DNA from: Camelus dromedarius
Taxonomy: Eukaryota
Assembly (NCBI RefSeq): GCF_036321535.1
Contig: NC_087437.1
Location: 18,478,001 to 18,542,000 of the forward strand
DNA length: 64,000 nt
Reading direction: 5' to 3'
A program made the translations under genes and the position numbers. The notes beneath the pieces were generated by a model. That model ran no database searches. It was given only the letters and a program-made list of their open reading frames with translations, and was not told the origin of the DNA. Below, piece by piece: positions 51,856 through 64,000 of this stretch; the first letter of the stretch is position 1, and every line of letters begins with the position of its first letter.

Positions 51856-53713
51856 TGTAGTGGGTTGAACAGTGGCTCCAAAAAGAGATGCCGAAGTCTT
51901 AAACTCCAGTACCTGTGAACGTGATTTTATTTAGAATTAGGGTCTTTGCAGACATAATTAATTAAAGATCTAGTAATGAGATTGTCCTGGATGTAAGGTG
52001 ACCCTTAAATTCAATATCTGGTGTCCCCAGGAGACAAGATCAGAGACACACAGGTGGGGAGGCCCTGTGAAGACAAGGCAGAGATTAGAGAGATGCTTCT
52101 ATGAGCCAAGAATTGCTGAGAGCCTCCAGAAGCCTGGAGAGGGGCCTGGAACAGACTCTCCCTCAGGGCCTCAGGAGGAACCAGTCCCGTCAACACCTTA
52201 ATTTCAGACTTCTGGCCTCCAGAACTGGGAGAGAATAAATTTCTGGGTTTTTTTGTTTGTTTTGCAAAGTATATTTGATTTACACTGTTGTGTTAGTTTC
52301 TGGTGTACAGCATAGTGATTGAGTTATACATATATATATATATATTCTTTATCATTATAGGTTGTTACAAGCTATTGAATATAGCTCCCTGTGCTATACA
52401 GTAGGACCTTGTTTGTCTGTTCTGTATATAGTAGTTTGTATCTGCTCATCCTCAGCTCCTCATTTAGCCCTTCCCCCTCTTTCCCCTTTGGTAACCATAC
52501 ATTTGTTTTCTATGTCTGTGAATCTGTTTCTGTTTTGTAAATAAGCTCACTTGTGTCATTTTTAGATTCCACACATAAGTGGTATCATATGGTATTTGTC
52601 TTTGTCTGACTTCACTTAGAATGATGACCTCCAGGTCCATCCATGTTGCTGCAAAATGGCATTATTTCATTCTTTTTTACTGCTGAGTAGTATTCCATTG
52701 TGTATATATTATATACATATATCACTTTTTTATTGAAGTACAGTTACAATGTGTCAATTTCTGGTGTACAGCACAATGTCCCAGTCATGTATAGACATAC
52801 ATATATTCGTTTTCATATTCTTTTTCATTAAAGGTTATTACAAGATATTGAACATAGTTCTCTGTGCTATACAGAAGAAACTTTTTTTTAAGTCTATTTT
52901 TATATATAGTGACCAACATTTGTAAATCTCAAACTCCCAAATTTATCCCTTCCTACCCCCTTTCCTGGGTAACCATAAGATTGCCTACTATATCTGCAAG
53001 TCTGTTTCTGTTTTGTAGATGAGTTCATAGTATCCTTTTATAGATCACATCTTTATCCAATCATCCAATCATTAGGTTGTTTCCATGTCTTGGATATTGT
53101 AAATAGTGCTGCTATGAACATTGAGGTGCATATATCTTTTCGAATATGAGTTTTCTCTGGATCTATGCCCAGGAGTAGGATTGCTGGATCATATGGTAAG
53201 TCCATTTTTAGTTTTTTAAGGAATCTCCATACTGTTTTCCATAATGGCTGCACCAATTTTCATTCCCACCAACAGATTGGGAGAGTACCCTTTTCTCTAC
53301 ATCCTCTCCAGTATTTATTGTTTGTGGACTTTTTAATGATGGCCATTCTGACTGGTGTGAGGTGATACCTCATTGTAGTTTTGATTTGCATTTCTCTGAT
53401 AATTAGCGATACTGAGCATCTTTTCATGGGCCTGTTGGCCATCTGGATGTCTTCCTGGGAGACATATCTCTTTAGGTCTTCTGCTTTTTCGATTGGGTTG
53501 TTGGGGTTTTTATTGTTGTTATTGACTTGTATAAGCTATTTGTATATTATGGAAGTAAAGCACTTGTCAGTCACATTGTTTGCAAATATTTTCTCCCAGT
53601 CCATAGGTCATCTTTTCATTTTGTTTACGGTTTCCTTTCCTGTGTAAATTTCTGTTGTTTGAAGCCACCCAGTTTGTGTTAATTAATTACAGCAGCCCTA
53701 GGAAACTAACACA
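51856..53713 (+). mobile_element. MLT1 (MaLR) solo LTR split by an L1
   Basis: tgtagtgggttgaa...ctaggaaactaacaca; 5-bp near-TSD AGAAG/AGAAC. Confidence 0.88.
52246..53644 (-). mobile_element. 5'-truncated L1 containing a second L1 3' end at 52726-53043
   Basis: 10-bp TSD TAAATTTCTG (52236-52245, 53645-53654); ORF2 C-terminal peptides [29 protein letters not shown] and [16 protein letters not shown]. Confidence 0.92.
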
Positions 53714-53912
53714 AGAACCTAATGGGCTACTTCATGGCAATAAATGTGAAGCCTAGAAAGAAAATGAATGATTTTCTGACAAAGTTTATATTGCCAAATA
53801 TAACTCAGAAAGAGGTAGAAAACTTGGGGGTAGAGTGTGGGCTCTAGGGAGAGCTGGCTCCTCTCCATTCTTTGGTCAAAGAATAAAGCTGTTCTCTGCT
53901 TCTGGAAGAAAC

Positions 53913-54024
53913 AAAGAAAGGAAGGAAGGAAGAAAAAGGAGAGAGAGAGAAAGGAAGAAGAAGGAAGAAAGAAAAGAAAGAAAGGAAGAAAGAAAGAAAA
54001 GAAAGAAAAGAAAAGAAAGAAAAA
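53913..54024 (+). repeat. 112-nt pure-purine GAAA/GGAA/GA tract
   Basis: No pyrimidine between 53913 and 54024. Confidence 0.95.
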
Positions 54025-54369
54025 TTCTGAACAACTCAGTAACAATAGAAAAACTTGAAAATACTGTTAAAGATTTATCACTTTATAAGGCACCATGCTA
54101 AGATGGTTTTATGGCTCAGTTTTACTTCCCCAAATAAACAATTTCCTTATTATTCAAATGGTATGAAACTCTAGAGAAAAGCCCCTAAGTAATTTCACAA
54201 AGCTAGAAATACACTAGTATCAAAGGTAAAGCTAGTACGAAAAAATAAGTGAGAAATTTCACGTATGAAAATAGGGGCAAACATTAAAATATACGAATAA
54301 ATCTGGTCATAGATAAAAAGAATTCTGTGCCATGATCAGGAGGATTTATTCCAGTGTAAAGAATATTAA

Positions 54370-55820
54370 AAGCAGCACCTCCTGATGTCTGAGCTTGGGC
54401 AGAACCCCCCAGGCAAGAGCACAGTCGTCAGGTGTCACCCCCACTCATTTCCTGAGGGTGTCACCTGACCTCCGCCAGGCCATGAGAATCCTCCAGACCA
54501 TGAGGTTTCCCTGAAGGGCTGAGGAGCAGGAGTGAGGAGATGTTTGGAAAGTGAGTGTTGTCATGAACGTACCCCCACCTGGCCTTGCACCTCGAGTCAA
54601 CGGCGGGGCTCCTGAAACCTGCGGGACCCATAAAGACTCACGATCAGGGGCTAGCTGGAGCTGCCCTGGTCTGACAGCAGGTTATCCTAAGAGACGCCTG
54701 CACTTCAGGCCTTCAGCAATGGCATGTGCGTCCTTCCTGTGAGCCAGAGGTGGACCCCATGCAGAGGGTGGAGTTGAACAAAGAGTCCCCCAACTGGGGG
54801 CTGACGGGGGAAGTCGACACTGCCAACTCGAGGAGGCATTGCCTGGGTCACAGTCTCCACAGGAGAGAGCCTCAGTGTCGGGGGAGCAAGCCCCCCTCAG
54901 TCACTGGAAGCGCAACACATCCCAAGGGCACCAGTGCTGGGTGACGATGCACCAAACTAGTATCACCTTCCTGCTCCTTGTCCCTGCTCTTCTCCAGAGG
55001 CCCCTGTGTTGGGTAAGTTTATGTGTCAACTTGACTGGACCATGGGGTGCCCAGGTAGCTGGTTACACATGATTCTGTGTGTGTGTGTGTGTGTAAGGGG
55101 ACTTCTGGATGAGACCAGCACTTGAGTCAGTGGACTGAGTAAAGACAATGGCCCTCCCAGTGTGGATGAAGCCTCATCACTCCACTGAGGACCTAAATAG
55201 AACGTAAAGATGGAGGAAGGGAGATTCACTCTCAACTGCTTGAACTGAGATCATCAGGCTTCTCTTGCCCTCCGACTAGGAATTATCCCGTCGGCTCCCC
55301 TGGTTCTCAGGCCTTTGGACCCAAGACTGACTCACACCACCAGCTCTCCTGGGTCTCCAGCTTGCAGACCCAGGTGGGGGGCTTCTCTGCTTCCAGAATC
55401 CTGTGAGTCAATTCCTTATAAAATTTATTCCAATATAGATATAGATATACATATAGATATCCTGTTGGATCTGTCTCTCTGAAGAACCCGGACTAATCCA
55501 GCTCCCAAAACAGCACTTGGGAAAGAAGTGGAACCTCTACCCCCATCACAGATTTCCCAGTCAGAGGCAGAGCTCAAGGAGAGGAGACATTTAAATTAGA
55601 GAAACGGTTGGAGTTTCAAATATTGGATTGACTAGAGCTTTTTTTAATTACTAAAATGAAACTGTTCTTAGACTGAAAACAATTGGAAAAGCTGCAAGCT
55701 GTCCAGGATTTCCTCCAGAGTGAGGATGAGCAGACCCAGAGAGTGGGCCTTAAAGGACAGTGGAAAAAGTTTGCTTTCTGCTTGTACCTTACTGAGCAGA
55801 TGTTTGTGCAATCAACTGTT
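54370..55820 (+). mobile_element. Possible ancient LTR-like element (MamGyp/LTR85-like) split by MLT2
   Basis: GC-richer block interrupting an old L1; only weak remembered similarity at the 3' end. Confidence 0.35.
55005..55500 (+). mobile_element. MLT2 (ERVL) solo LTR
   Basis: tttatgtgtcaacttgactgg...ctgaagaacccggactaatcca; 5-bp near-TSD GCCCC/GCTCC. Confidence 0.88.
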
Positions 55821-56309
55821 CCACCAGGAATGCGAGTGTGCCTCAGTAGTAGGAAAAGTTAAAAGCCATGTGATCATATCTGTAGATGCCTAGAGGACAT
55901 TTGCTAAAATTCCATGCACATTCCCAATAGAAAACCCTGGATAAAATAGAAATAGAAAGAAACCACCTAAAACTTTAAAGACTGTATACTGTAAACTAGC
56001 CACTAATGTCTATTTTTATTTTAAAAATTTAGAAATGTACAAAGAAAAATACAAATCATTCATACTCCCATAACCCAGAACTAGTAATAGAACATATTTG
56101 CTTACTGTTTTTTCTAAGAATAATTATTCTGCTGCATAATCATGTTTGTTAAATTCAAACAATGCAGAAAAGTAAAACCATTAAGCTTTTTGTAACCGTC
56201 AGCCATAAACAATCATCAGTAATATTAGTAAACATCATCCATCCCACGTATCTTTCAAGACATACTTACTGATAGAAGTTTAGAGATACATACATGGGTA
56301 TTAAATTTA

Positions 56310-57490
56310 ACTTTCCTTAAATTTGCATCTATATTTATGAGGACTAGGGGACTTTTCTTGTAGTATCTTATCTGATTTTAGTATTGTGGTAGTACCGGCT
56401 TTGTAAATGAATTGGGAAGGGTTCCATACTTCTCACTTTCAAAAGGAGTTTGTCTAGGATTGGTTTTTATTTGTAAAATGTTACATAGAATCCATCAGTG
56501 AAGCCTTCTGGGCCTGAAGTTTCCTTTGTGGGAAGTTTTGAACTAAGGATTCAATGTATGAAGTTAACACAGGGCTATCCAAATTTCCTGTTTCTTTTTG
56601 TACCAGTTTTGGTAGTTTTTGTCTTTGCGGGAAGTTGTCCGTTTCATCTAGATTGTCCAGTTTGGGGGCGTAAGGTTGTTCATACGATTCTGTCCCCTTA
56701 CTATCCTTTCACTGTCTCTAGAGACTACACTGATGCCCCCTCTTTCATTCCTAATATTAATATTTTATGTCTTCTTTCTTTTTTTCCTTTGTCAGTTTAG
56801 CTAAAACTTAACAATTGTATTGACATTTTAAAAGAACCAGGTTTTGGTTTCATTGATTTTTCACTATTGTTGGTCTGTGTTCCATTTCATTAATTATTAG
56901 ACTTGTCATTATAATTTCCTTCCTTCTACTTACTTTAGGTTCTAATTTGCACTTCTTTTTTCCAATTTCTTGAGGTAGAGACACAGATCATTGGCTTTGG
57001 ATTTTTCTTCTTTCTGATATAAGCATTTAAAGCTATGAATTTTCCTCTTAATTAGCTGCATCTCACAAAATTTGATGTGTTGTATTTTCTTTATTATTAA
57101 CTTAAAATATTATCCAATTTCCCTTGTGATGTTTTTGACTCGTGCATTATACAGAAGTGTTTTTTAATTTCCAAATATTTCAGGCTTTTCTAGTAATTTT
57201 ATTGTTACTAAGCTCTGATTTGATTCCACTGTGGCCAGAGAACATACTCTGTATAATTTCAATCCTTCTAATTTTATTGCCTAGCATATGGTGTACCAGG
57301 TACACTCAAAGTAAATAATCAGCTATTTTGTGGTGCAGTGTTCTGCAGGTTATCAGTTAAGTCAAAGTGTAATAGTGTTGTTCAGATCTCCTGTGTCTTC
57401 ACTGATTTTATGTCTAGTTCTAGCAATTGCTGAGGGAGGAGGATTAAAATTTTCAATTATGATTGAAGCATTGTCAGTTCTCCCTTTGCT
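56310..57490 (-). mobile_element. Degenerate L1 ORF2 fragment (antisense)
   Basis: Minus-strand LPTKETSGPEGFTD...LPNSF motif of ORF2. Confidence 0.8.
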
Positions 57491-57499
57491 TAATTTTTT

Positions 57500-58635
57500 T
57501 AATGGTAGAAAAGGAAGAAAATGGAATAAAAAACCAGATGGAAGAAATCGAAAACAAAGGGTAGTACAGAAAACTTAAACCCAAACATCTCAGTTACCAC
57601 CTAAACACAAAAGGACTGAACACTGCAATTAAGGACAGAGATTCCTGATTAGTTTTTTCAATGAACCAATTTTATGTATATAATATCAGTTTATGTATAT
57701 AAGAGGCACACTTTAAATAGAAGAACACAACAAGGTCATACTGTATAGAACAGTGGAAAAATAAATAAATATAAGAACACAGATAAGTTGGAAGTAAAAA
57801 GATGGAAAGAGATACATTACACAAACAACAAGAAACAGCACAAGAAAGCTGGAGGGGTTAGATTCATATTTAAGACAAGGAGAACTATCAGAGATAAACA
57901 GACGTTTTATAATAGTAAAGTGGTGAATTCATTGAGACAATTATAAATGCATATGTGCCTTATATCAGAGCTTCAAAATCCATAATTTGCCACATTAACA
58001 GAATGAGGGGAGGACTGTATGATTATCTCCACAGATTCAGAAAAGCATTTACTCAAATTCACCATCAAACTCAGCAAACTAATATATAAGGGCAAGTTTC
58101 TTAATCTGATGAAGGACATTTTTAAAGAGTTATGGTTAAATCACGCATAATGTTAAACTGTTGAACGCTTTCCCTCTAACATTAGGAAGAAAACAAAGAT
58201 TTTGCTTTCATTCTATTCAACCTCGTACTGAAGGTCCTAGCCATTCCAAAAAGGTAATGAAACAAAGATCAAAAAGTAAGAAGTAAAAATGTGCTTAATG
58301 GCAGATAATGTGATTGTATTTTTGGAACATTTAAAAGAGTCTACAGGCAAACTAATAAGTTAATTTAGTGAATACAATTTAGTGAAGTCAATATACAAAA
58401 ATCAATTGCATTTCTATATGCTAACCACAAAGTACTAGAAAATAAAATTTAAAAATCAACACTCTTTACCATAGCATCAAAAATACTTAAAACCTAGGAA
58501 AGCTCTTTAAAAAATTGTTCACGTTCTCTATTCTGAACGCTACCTTGTCCCAAACAAACAAAACCAACCTACAAACTACAAAAACTCTTAATAAATGAAG
58601 GAATATAACATATTCATATATTCATGGGTTGGAAA
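57500..58635 (+). mobile_element. Degenerate L1 ORF2 fragments (sense)
   Basis: ORF2 start-like aacccaaacatctcagttacc...ggactgaacactgcaattaa and RT-like atgattatctccacagattcagaaaagcattt. Confidence 0.75.
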
Positions 58636-58868
58636 ACTCAATAATGTCAAGATGCAGAATTCTGAAATGGCCTCCATGGTCTCTGCTCTCTGGTGTTAAG
58701 CCTTGTATAATCCGGTCTGCCCCCACCCCTCCACCTTCTCAACGCGCCTCTACTCCCCAACTCCTCCACCCCAGCCCTGGAGTAAGTGAGACCAGTGACT
58801 TGCTCCCAGCCAACAGAATATGGCGAAGGTGATAGGCTATCACTCTTGTGTGTGTGTTATGATAAATA

Positions 58869-59096
58869 CAGGCAGTCCATACTGTGCACAGCAGTGTGGG
58901 ACAAGCTGAAACTGTTTGTAGTGAACTTAATAATAATAATCAATGGGAAAATTTTGATTTTTCCCTGGCCTTAAAAAATGTTTGACAAAACATTAAAATC
59001 TCCCATACTGTCAATTATAAATATGTCAGGAAATGAGAAAAATAGTAAAATGAATATTTATTTAGTACATTGTAATTTAAAATATTAGAAACATTG
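58869..59096. mobile_element. MER82-like (TcMar-Tigger) fragment
   Basis: caagctgaaac...ttaataat...caatgggaaaa...atttatttagtacattgtaatttaaaa motifs. Confidence 0.6.
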
Positions 59097-61203
59097 GTAG
59101 TATCTACTATAACTGAAAATTCACATATCCCATTACCAAGCCATTCCACACAAGACCAAGAGAGTATATGTCCATCTAACAATATGTGCAAGAATTTTCA
59201 TAGCAGTTTTATTTATCATAACAAAAAACTAAAAAAAACCCCAAAAAACCCCACTAAATTTCTGTCTTCAGGAATGGACCAATAAATTGTATATATCCAT
59301 ACAATGCAATATTACATGGCATTTTAAAAAATATGCATGCAACACAGATTGATATTAAAACATTAAGTTGAGCCAAAAAGCCACACACAAAGTGCACATA
59401 CTATTGGACTACTGTTGGACTTCATTTATGTGAAAGTCAAGAACAGGCACATGTAATCAATGGTAATAGAAGTCAGAAGAGTGGTGACCTCTGGACATGG
59501 GTATTCACTGGGAAGAAGCATGAGGAAACTTTCTGCAATGATAAAGAGTTTCCATGTCTGGATCTGCTGTTCACACTGACGTATAATTGGTAAAAATTTG
59601 TTAAACTGTACCTTTAAGATTTATGCATCTTACTACCTGTAAATCATGTTTAATAAAAATATACAAAATTGAAAGAGAATGCTTGTAAAGCTTTCAATAC
59701 AGTGCTTTGCACAAAATATGACCTGAATAAATGCTAGCAATTTGTTATTTTAAAACCTTATAGGATGCAGTCGCAGCTGTGCTTCAAGGGAAATCCATAA
59801 CTCTGAATGCATATATTATAAGAGAAAAGAGATTGAAATTAATTGTCTTAATGTGTATCTCAAGAAGCTAGCTAAAAGGAAGAAAACCAAGCAAAGTACC
59901 CAAAGAAAGAAGAATGGAAATAAGACAGAAACAGAATCATTGAAATAAGAAGCAGACATACAATAAAGAAAAAATTGAAGCCCAAAGTTGGTTATTGGAA
60001 AAGATTAATAAAGTTGATAAACCCCTAACAAGACTGATTAAGGAGACAAAAAGAGAAAATAAAAAGTACCTATGACAAGAATTTAAAAGGAATATTATTA
60101 CAGATCCTACAGACATTAAAAAAAAATAAGATTATAAACACTTCTATGCTAATACATTTTAAAACTTATGTTAAATTGAAGAATTCCTTGAAAACTACCT
60201 CACACTTAATTTTGAAAACAGAACTGATTGAGAAAAGAAAGAACATTTTAAGGTTCTATAATTATTAAGGCAATTTAATATGAACTGTCGAATCACTGGG
60301 TTGAAGCTGAGGGGCTGGAGGTAGGACTGCTGCCAGTGTGGAGATGTGAGCTGGACAGTCTGCTAGTTTTCCAGAAGGACGGTGAGGACAGAAGGGATTG
60401 TCCTTGTCTCACTCAGTTCCTGTTCCTGCAAAGCCAGATTTGCGCCTTGGCTAGCACTGGCATGCATTACTTAGTGGTGATTGTAGTGGCCGTGACAGAC
60501 CCCCAAGTGGAGTCGAGCTGCAGTGTCAGTATGGACGACCTGGGAGGCCAGGGGCCTTCCACAGCGGGCACTTCTGCTACTCCTTCCTGCATCTGCCGGT
60601 CCTGGGAGGATCTGTGGGACATGATCCTGTGTCCTGGGTGTCACCCAGGCAGGAACATGAGGAGCGATCTCCAGTAGGGTAATAGGACTGGAGCTGACAA
60701 AAGATCTCAGATCAAAGAAACACAAACTGCATGTGAAACAGAATGACTGGTTTCTGAGGACATCGTGCAAAGATGCTGGATAGAGATCCTCTGCGGATAA
60801 CTAGGATCGCTATCTGAGATCAGAGGAGAGAGTGCCTGCATCTAGCCACAGGAAGAAGCTCAAAATTATTTTAGGCCCCTAAAGAGTAGAGGGGAATAGG
60901 TTAGAAAAAAATTAGTATATATTTATTTATATATTTATATATTTTTAGTCAACCAAGCTAGAAAAACAAAATTAGAACATAAGCTTCGCAAGGCAGGAGT
61001 TCTGTCTGTTTTATTCACTGCTGTATCTCCTATGTTCTGTATAATGCCAGGCACGTAGAAGACCCTCAGTGAATGCTTAGTGAATGAAAGAACAGAAAAG
61101 CCAAAGACAAAAGTGGAATTAAACACCAGATTAGGGGAGCAGAACCTCTTTTTGGAAGATGAAAGGAACCCATTTTTCACAGATCATAAGATAAAGGAAA
61201 GAA

Positions 61204-61533
61204 AAACAAAAACAAAAACAAACAAACAAACAAACAAACAAAAACAAAGCATAAATAAAGGACAGAAATAGACTCACAGACAGAGAATACAGACTTGTGG
61301 TTACCAGGGGGGTGGAGGGTGGGAAGGGATAGACTGGGATTTCAAAATTGTAGAATAGACTACACTGTATAGCACAGGGAAATATACACAAAATGTTATG
61401 ATAACTCACAGAGAAAAAAAATATGACAATGAGTGTGTATATGTCCATGAATAACTGAAAAATTGTGCTGAACACTGGAATTTGACACAACATTGTAAAA
61501 TGATTATAAATCAATAAAAAATGTTAAAAAAAA
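61204..61533 (+). mobile_element. Young 5'-truncated camelid-type L1 3' end
   Basis: Perfect 16-bp TSD AAGATAAAGGAAAGAA (61188-61203, 61534-61549); AATAAA and A tail. Confidence 0.9.
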
Positions 61534-61834
61534 AAGATAAAGGAAAGAATATTAGGCAAAAATCAAATGAAAATAATATCAAAACTTTCAGATCATGTTT
61601 CCACACTAAAAAAAAAAATCTACTGATGGATTATAAGTGGTCAGAATGTGAATTACTGACAGATATTAAACAATTTTCTATCACAACAGGTATAAACACC
61701 TAATATATCACAACAACCTACTCTTCCCAATTAAGGAATGATAGTTTCAGCCTAAAAGTAAATTATCAGCACAGTTAAGGCAGATCTAATTGTAATTCTA
61801 AAATAACACACCTTGTCTATTGTCTGAATATTTA

Positions 61835-61835
<1 letters not shown>

Positions 61836-61894
<59 letters not shown>
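61836..61894. repeat. Compound microsatellite: short (GT)n followed by (TA)24
   Basis: Directly visible. Confidence 0.95.
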
Positions 61895-61899
<5 letters not shown>

Positions 61900-62864
61900 A
61901 AAATTTTCTCATAATGAAAAAGATTTACTTATTCTGCAAGTGACAATATTCATCAGGGATCTATTTCAGCCCGGAGCTGTTAGTGGGAGACAAGTGTGAG
62001 TGGAAAAGAGGGTGGGGGGGTCTTAGATGCTCTCTTCCTGGAGATGGGCGGGGCCGTCTACACAGCAGGCTGGATACCGGTGAGTTCAAACAAGAGATCA
62101 AGAAAGCCTCACTGCCATGGTCACGATGCCATCTTTCTTTTGCTAAAAGCAAGTCTGATTCTTACTTTTCCTGCCATTTTTCATTTCATAATTGGAGCAG
62201 CAGATCTGATGTCTACTTATACTCTTGCAGAAAAAAATCTGAGAACTTTGTTCTCTACTGGCCTCATTTAAAATTCACTTACCATCTGCAGAGTAACATA
62301 CTCTGAGTGAGGAGCTACCTGGAAAACTATTTTGGGCTCTGACTTTTTTTCTGATTTTTTTTTTTTTTTTTCCTGGCAGGTTCACTGCAGCTCAGCCCCA
62401 CTTGGGGTCTGTCACGGCCGCTACAATCACCACTAAGAAATGCATGCCAGTGCTGGCCAAGGTGCAATACTAGTGGTTATTTCTTCCCCCATATACTTCT
62501 ACTACTTTAATGAGCAAATGGATGCTATTCTGATCTCTTTTTTTAAATAACCAACTATAAAATAATCTCAATATTTAATGCATACTCATAGAGGTTTTGT
62601 GGGAGTGATACTGGAGAGCTTTTGAGTTTATATTATCCCCATTGAAGGATGAGGGAGGAAAGAAGGAAAAAGAAGAACCAAAACTAAAACTAACTCTGCT
62701 GTGTGTTTTTGTACAGAGAAGGGAGGAACGGATAGCGTCGATCACATGCAGACTGCATGATTTTAAACTTCTTCATACATCTCCGTATTATTTGTTAAAG
62801 CAAACATGACTTACTTTTGTAATTTCCTGAACTTGAATAAAGTAAATTTAATAAACAAATGAGA

Positions 62865-63465
62865 AACATTCTGGCATCTCCTTAAAAAATTAGACCTGGA
62901 ATTATCACATGATTCTGTAATTCCACTTCTGGGTGTATATCTCCAAAGAATTGAAATCAAGGACTCAAGCAGGTACTTGTACACTCGTGTTCATAGCAGC
63001 ATTATCCACAATGAGCAAGAGGTGGAAACAACCCAAGTGTCTATCAATAGAGGAATGGATAAACAAGATGCGGTGTATACATACAATGGAATGTTATTTA
63101 GCCTTAAAAACCAAGGAAATTCTGCATACTACAACATGAATGAATCTTGAAGACATTGTGCTAAGGGAAATCAACTGGTCATAAAAGGAGAAATACTCCA
63201 CTTATATGAGGTACGAACAGTAGTCAAGTTCATAGAGACAAAAAATAAAATGGTGGTTGCCAGAACTGTGGGGAGGGGAAGTGGGGGGGGGGTTATTGTT
63301 TAATAGGTACAGGGTTTCAGTTTGGGATGATGAAAAAGTTATGGAGATGGTGTGACGTCTGCACAACAATGTGAATGTACTTAATACCACTGAACTGTGC
63401 ACTTAAAATGGCTTAGACTGTAAATATCACGTTATGTGTATTTTATCACAATAAAAAAATTTTAA
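62865..63465 (+). mobile_element. L1M 3' end (ORF2 C-terminus and 3' UTR)
   Basis: Peptide FIAALSTMSKRWKQPKCLSIEEWINKM; aatgtacttaataccactgaactgtgcacttaaaatgg. Confidence 0.88.
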
Positions 63466-64000
63466 ATTATACAGATAATATGCAAATACATTCTTGCTGT
63501 AATAAGTCAAACAATACAGACAAACTGAAGTCTTCCTTGACAACTTTCCTATCCGGATACACAGCTCTAACACACCGCGGCTTACTTAGCCCTCATCACC
63601 ACCCCATGATTTAAGTATGACCACGATCTCCATCTTACAGATGAGGAAACTGACCTGCAGAGACATGAAGGACCTTCCACGGAATCAGAAAGAGTCTAGA
63701 TTTAAACTCAGGCACACGAAGTACAAAGAATGTGCTTTTAACCGGAGCTGTCACCTCCCCCTTCATGTCAAACTCTGGCTGAGCACCGAGGACATAAAAT
63801 CCAATGTGTATAGTCACTGTCCTCACGGAATTTTCAGTCTCACGGAGAGAGTAGACACAAATTACTCCGGCCACACATGGAGATGCAAAACTAAAACTAA
63901 TGCTGTCTACTTAGCAGAGGCTCTTTATCTTTCTGTTCCAAAAAAGAGATGCTTTTATGAGATACTAAGTTTCTTCTCAAGATGAAGTTATGTGTAGACT

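Noticed and set aside
53719..54101. Lys/Arg/Glu-rich and Phe/Ser-rich ORFs
   Set aside because: Translations of the purine microsatellite.
39251..64000. Next gene (ESYT3 by human synteny)
   Set aside because: No CpG island or recognisable exon found; presumably beyond the window.

Overview
Mammalian genomic DNA, most likely from a camelid (six copies of a tRNA-Ala-like Vic-1-type SINE, plus camelid/artiodactyl-type L1 3' ends). It holds the complete coding part of MRAS (muscle RAS/R-Ras3) on the + strand. Five coding exons (8449-8641, 28215-28368, 29707-29806, 34537-34616, 35975-36074; 193+154+100+80+100 = 627 nt) with GT-AG introns give an intact 208-aa GTPase ending in a polybasic tract and CVIL CAAX box. 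A ~3.2-kb 3' UTR ends near AATAAA at 39228. The non-coding first exon and promoter are not visible and presumably lie upstream of base 1. The rest is intron and intergenic sequence rich in L1, L2, MIR, DNA transposons, MaLR/ERVL and ERV1 solo LTRs, several of them nested. I see no evidence of a novel multi-gene system. The best leads are regulatory or structural: a compact E-box/GATA/NKX2-5/MEF2 cluster in intron 4, an RFX X-box cluster in intron 1, a CArG box in intron 2, two consensus CTCF motifs, two miR-1/206 8mer sites, a MER41-like LTR with altered STAT/SRF motifs, a possible CAAX-less splice variant, a local 134-bp duplication and an orphan polyadenylated insertion. Repeat family names and consensus comparisons are from memory, and repeat boundaries are approximate unless target-site duplications (TSDs) are given.
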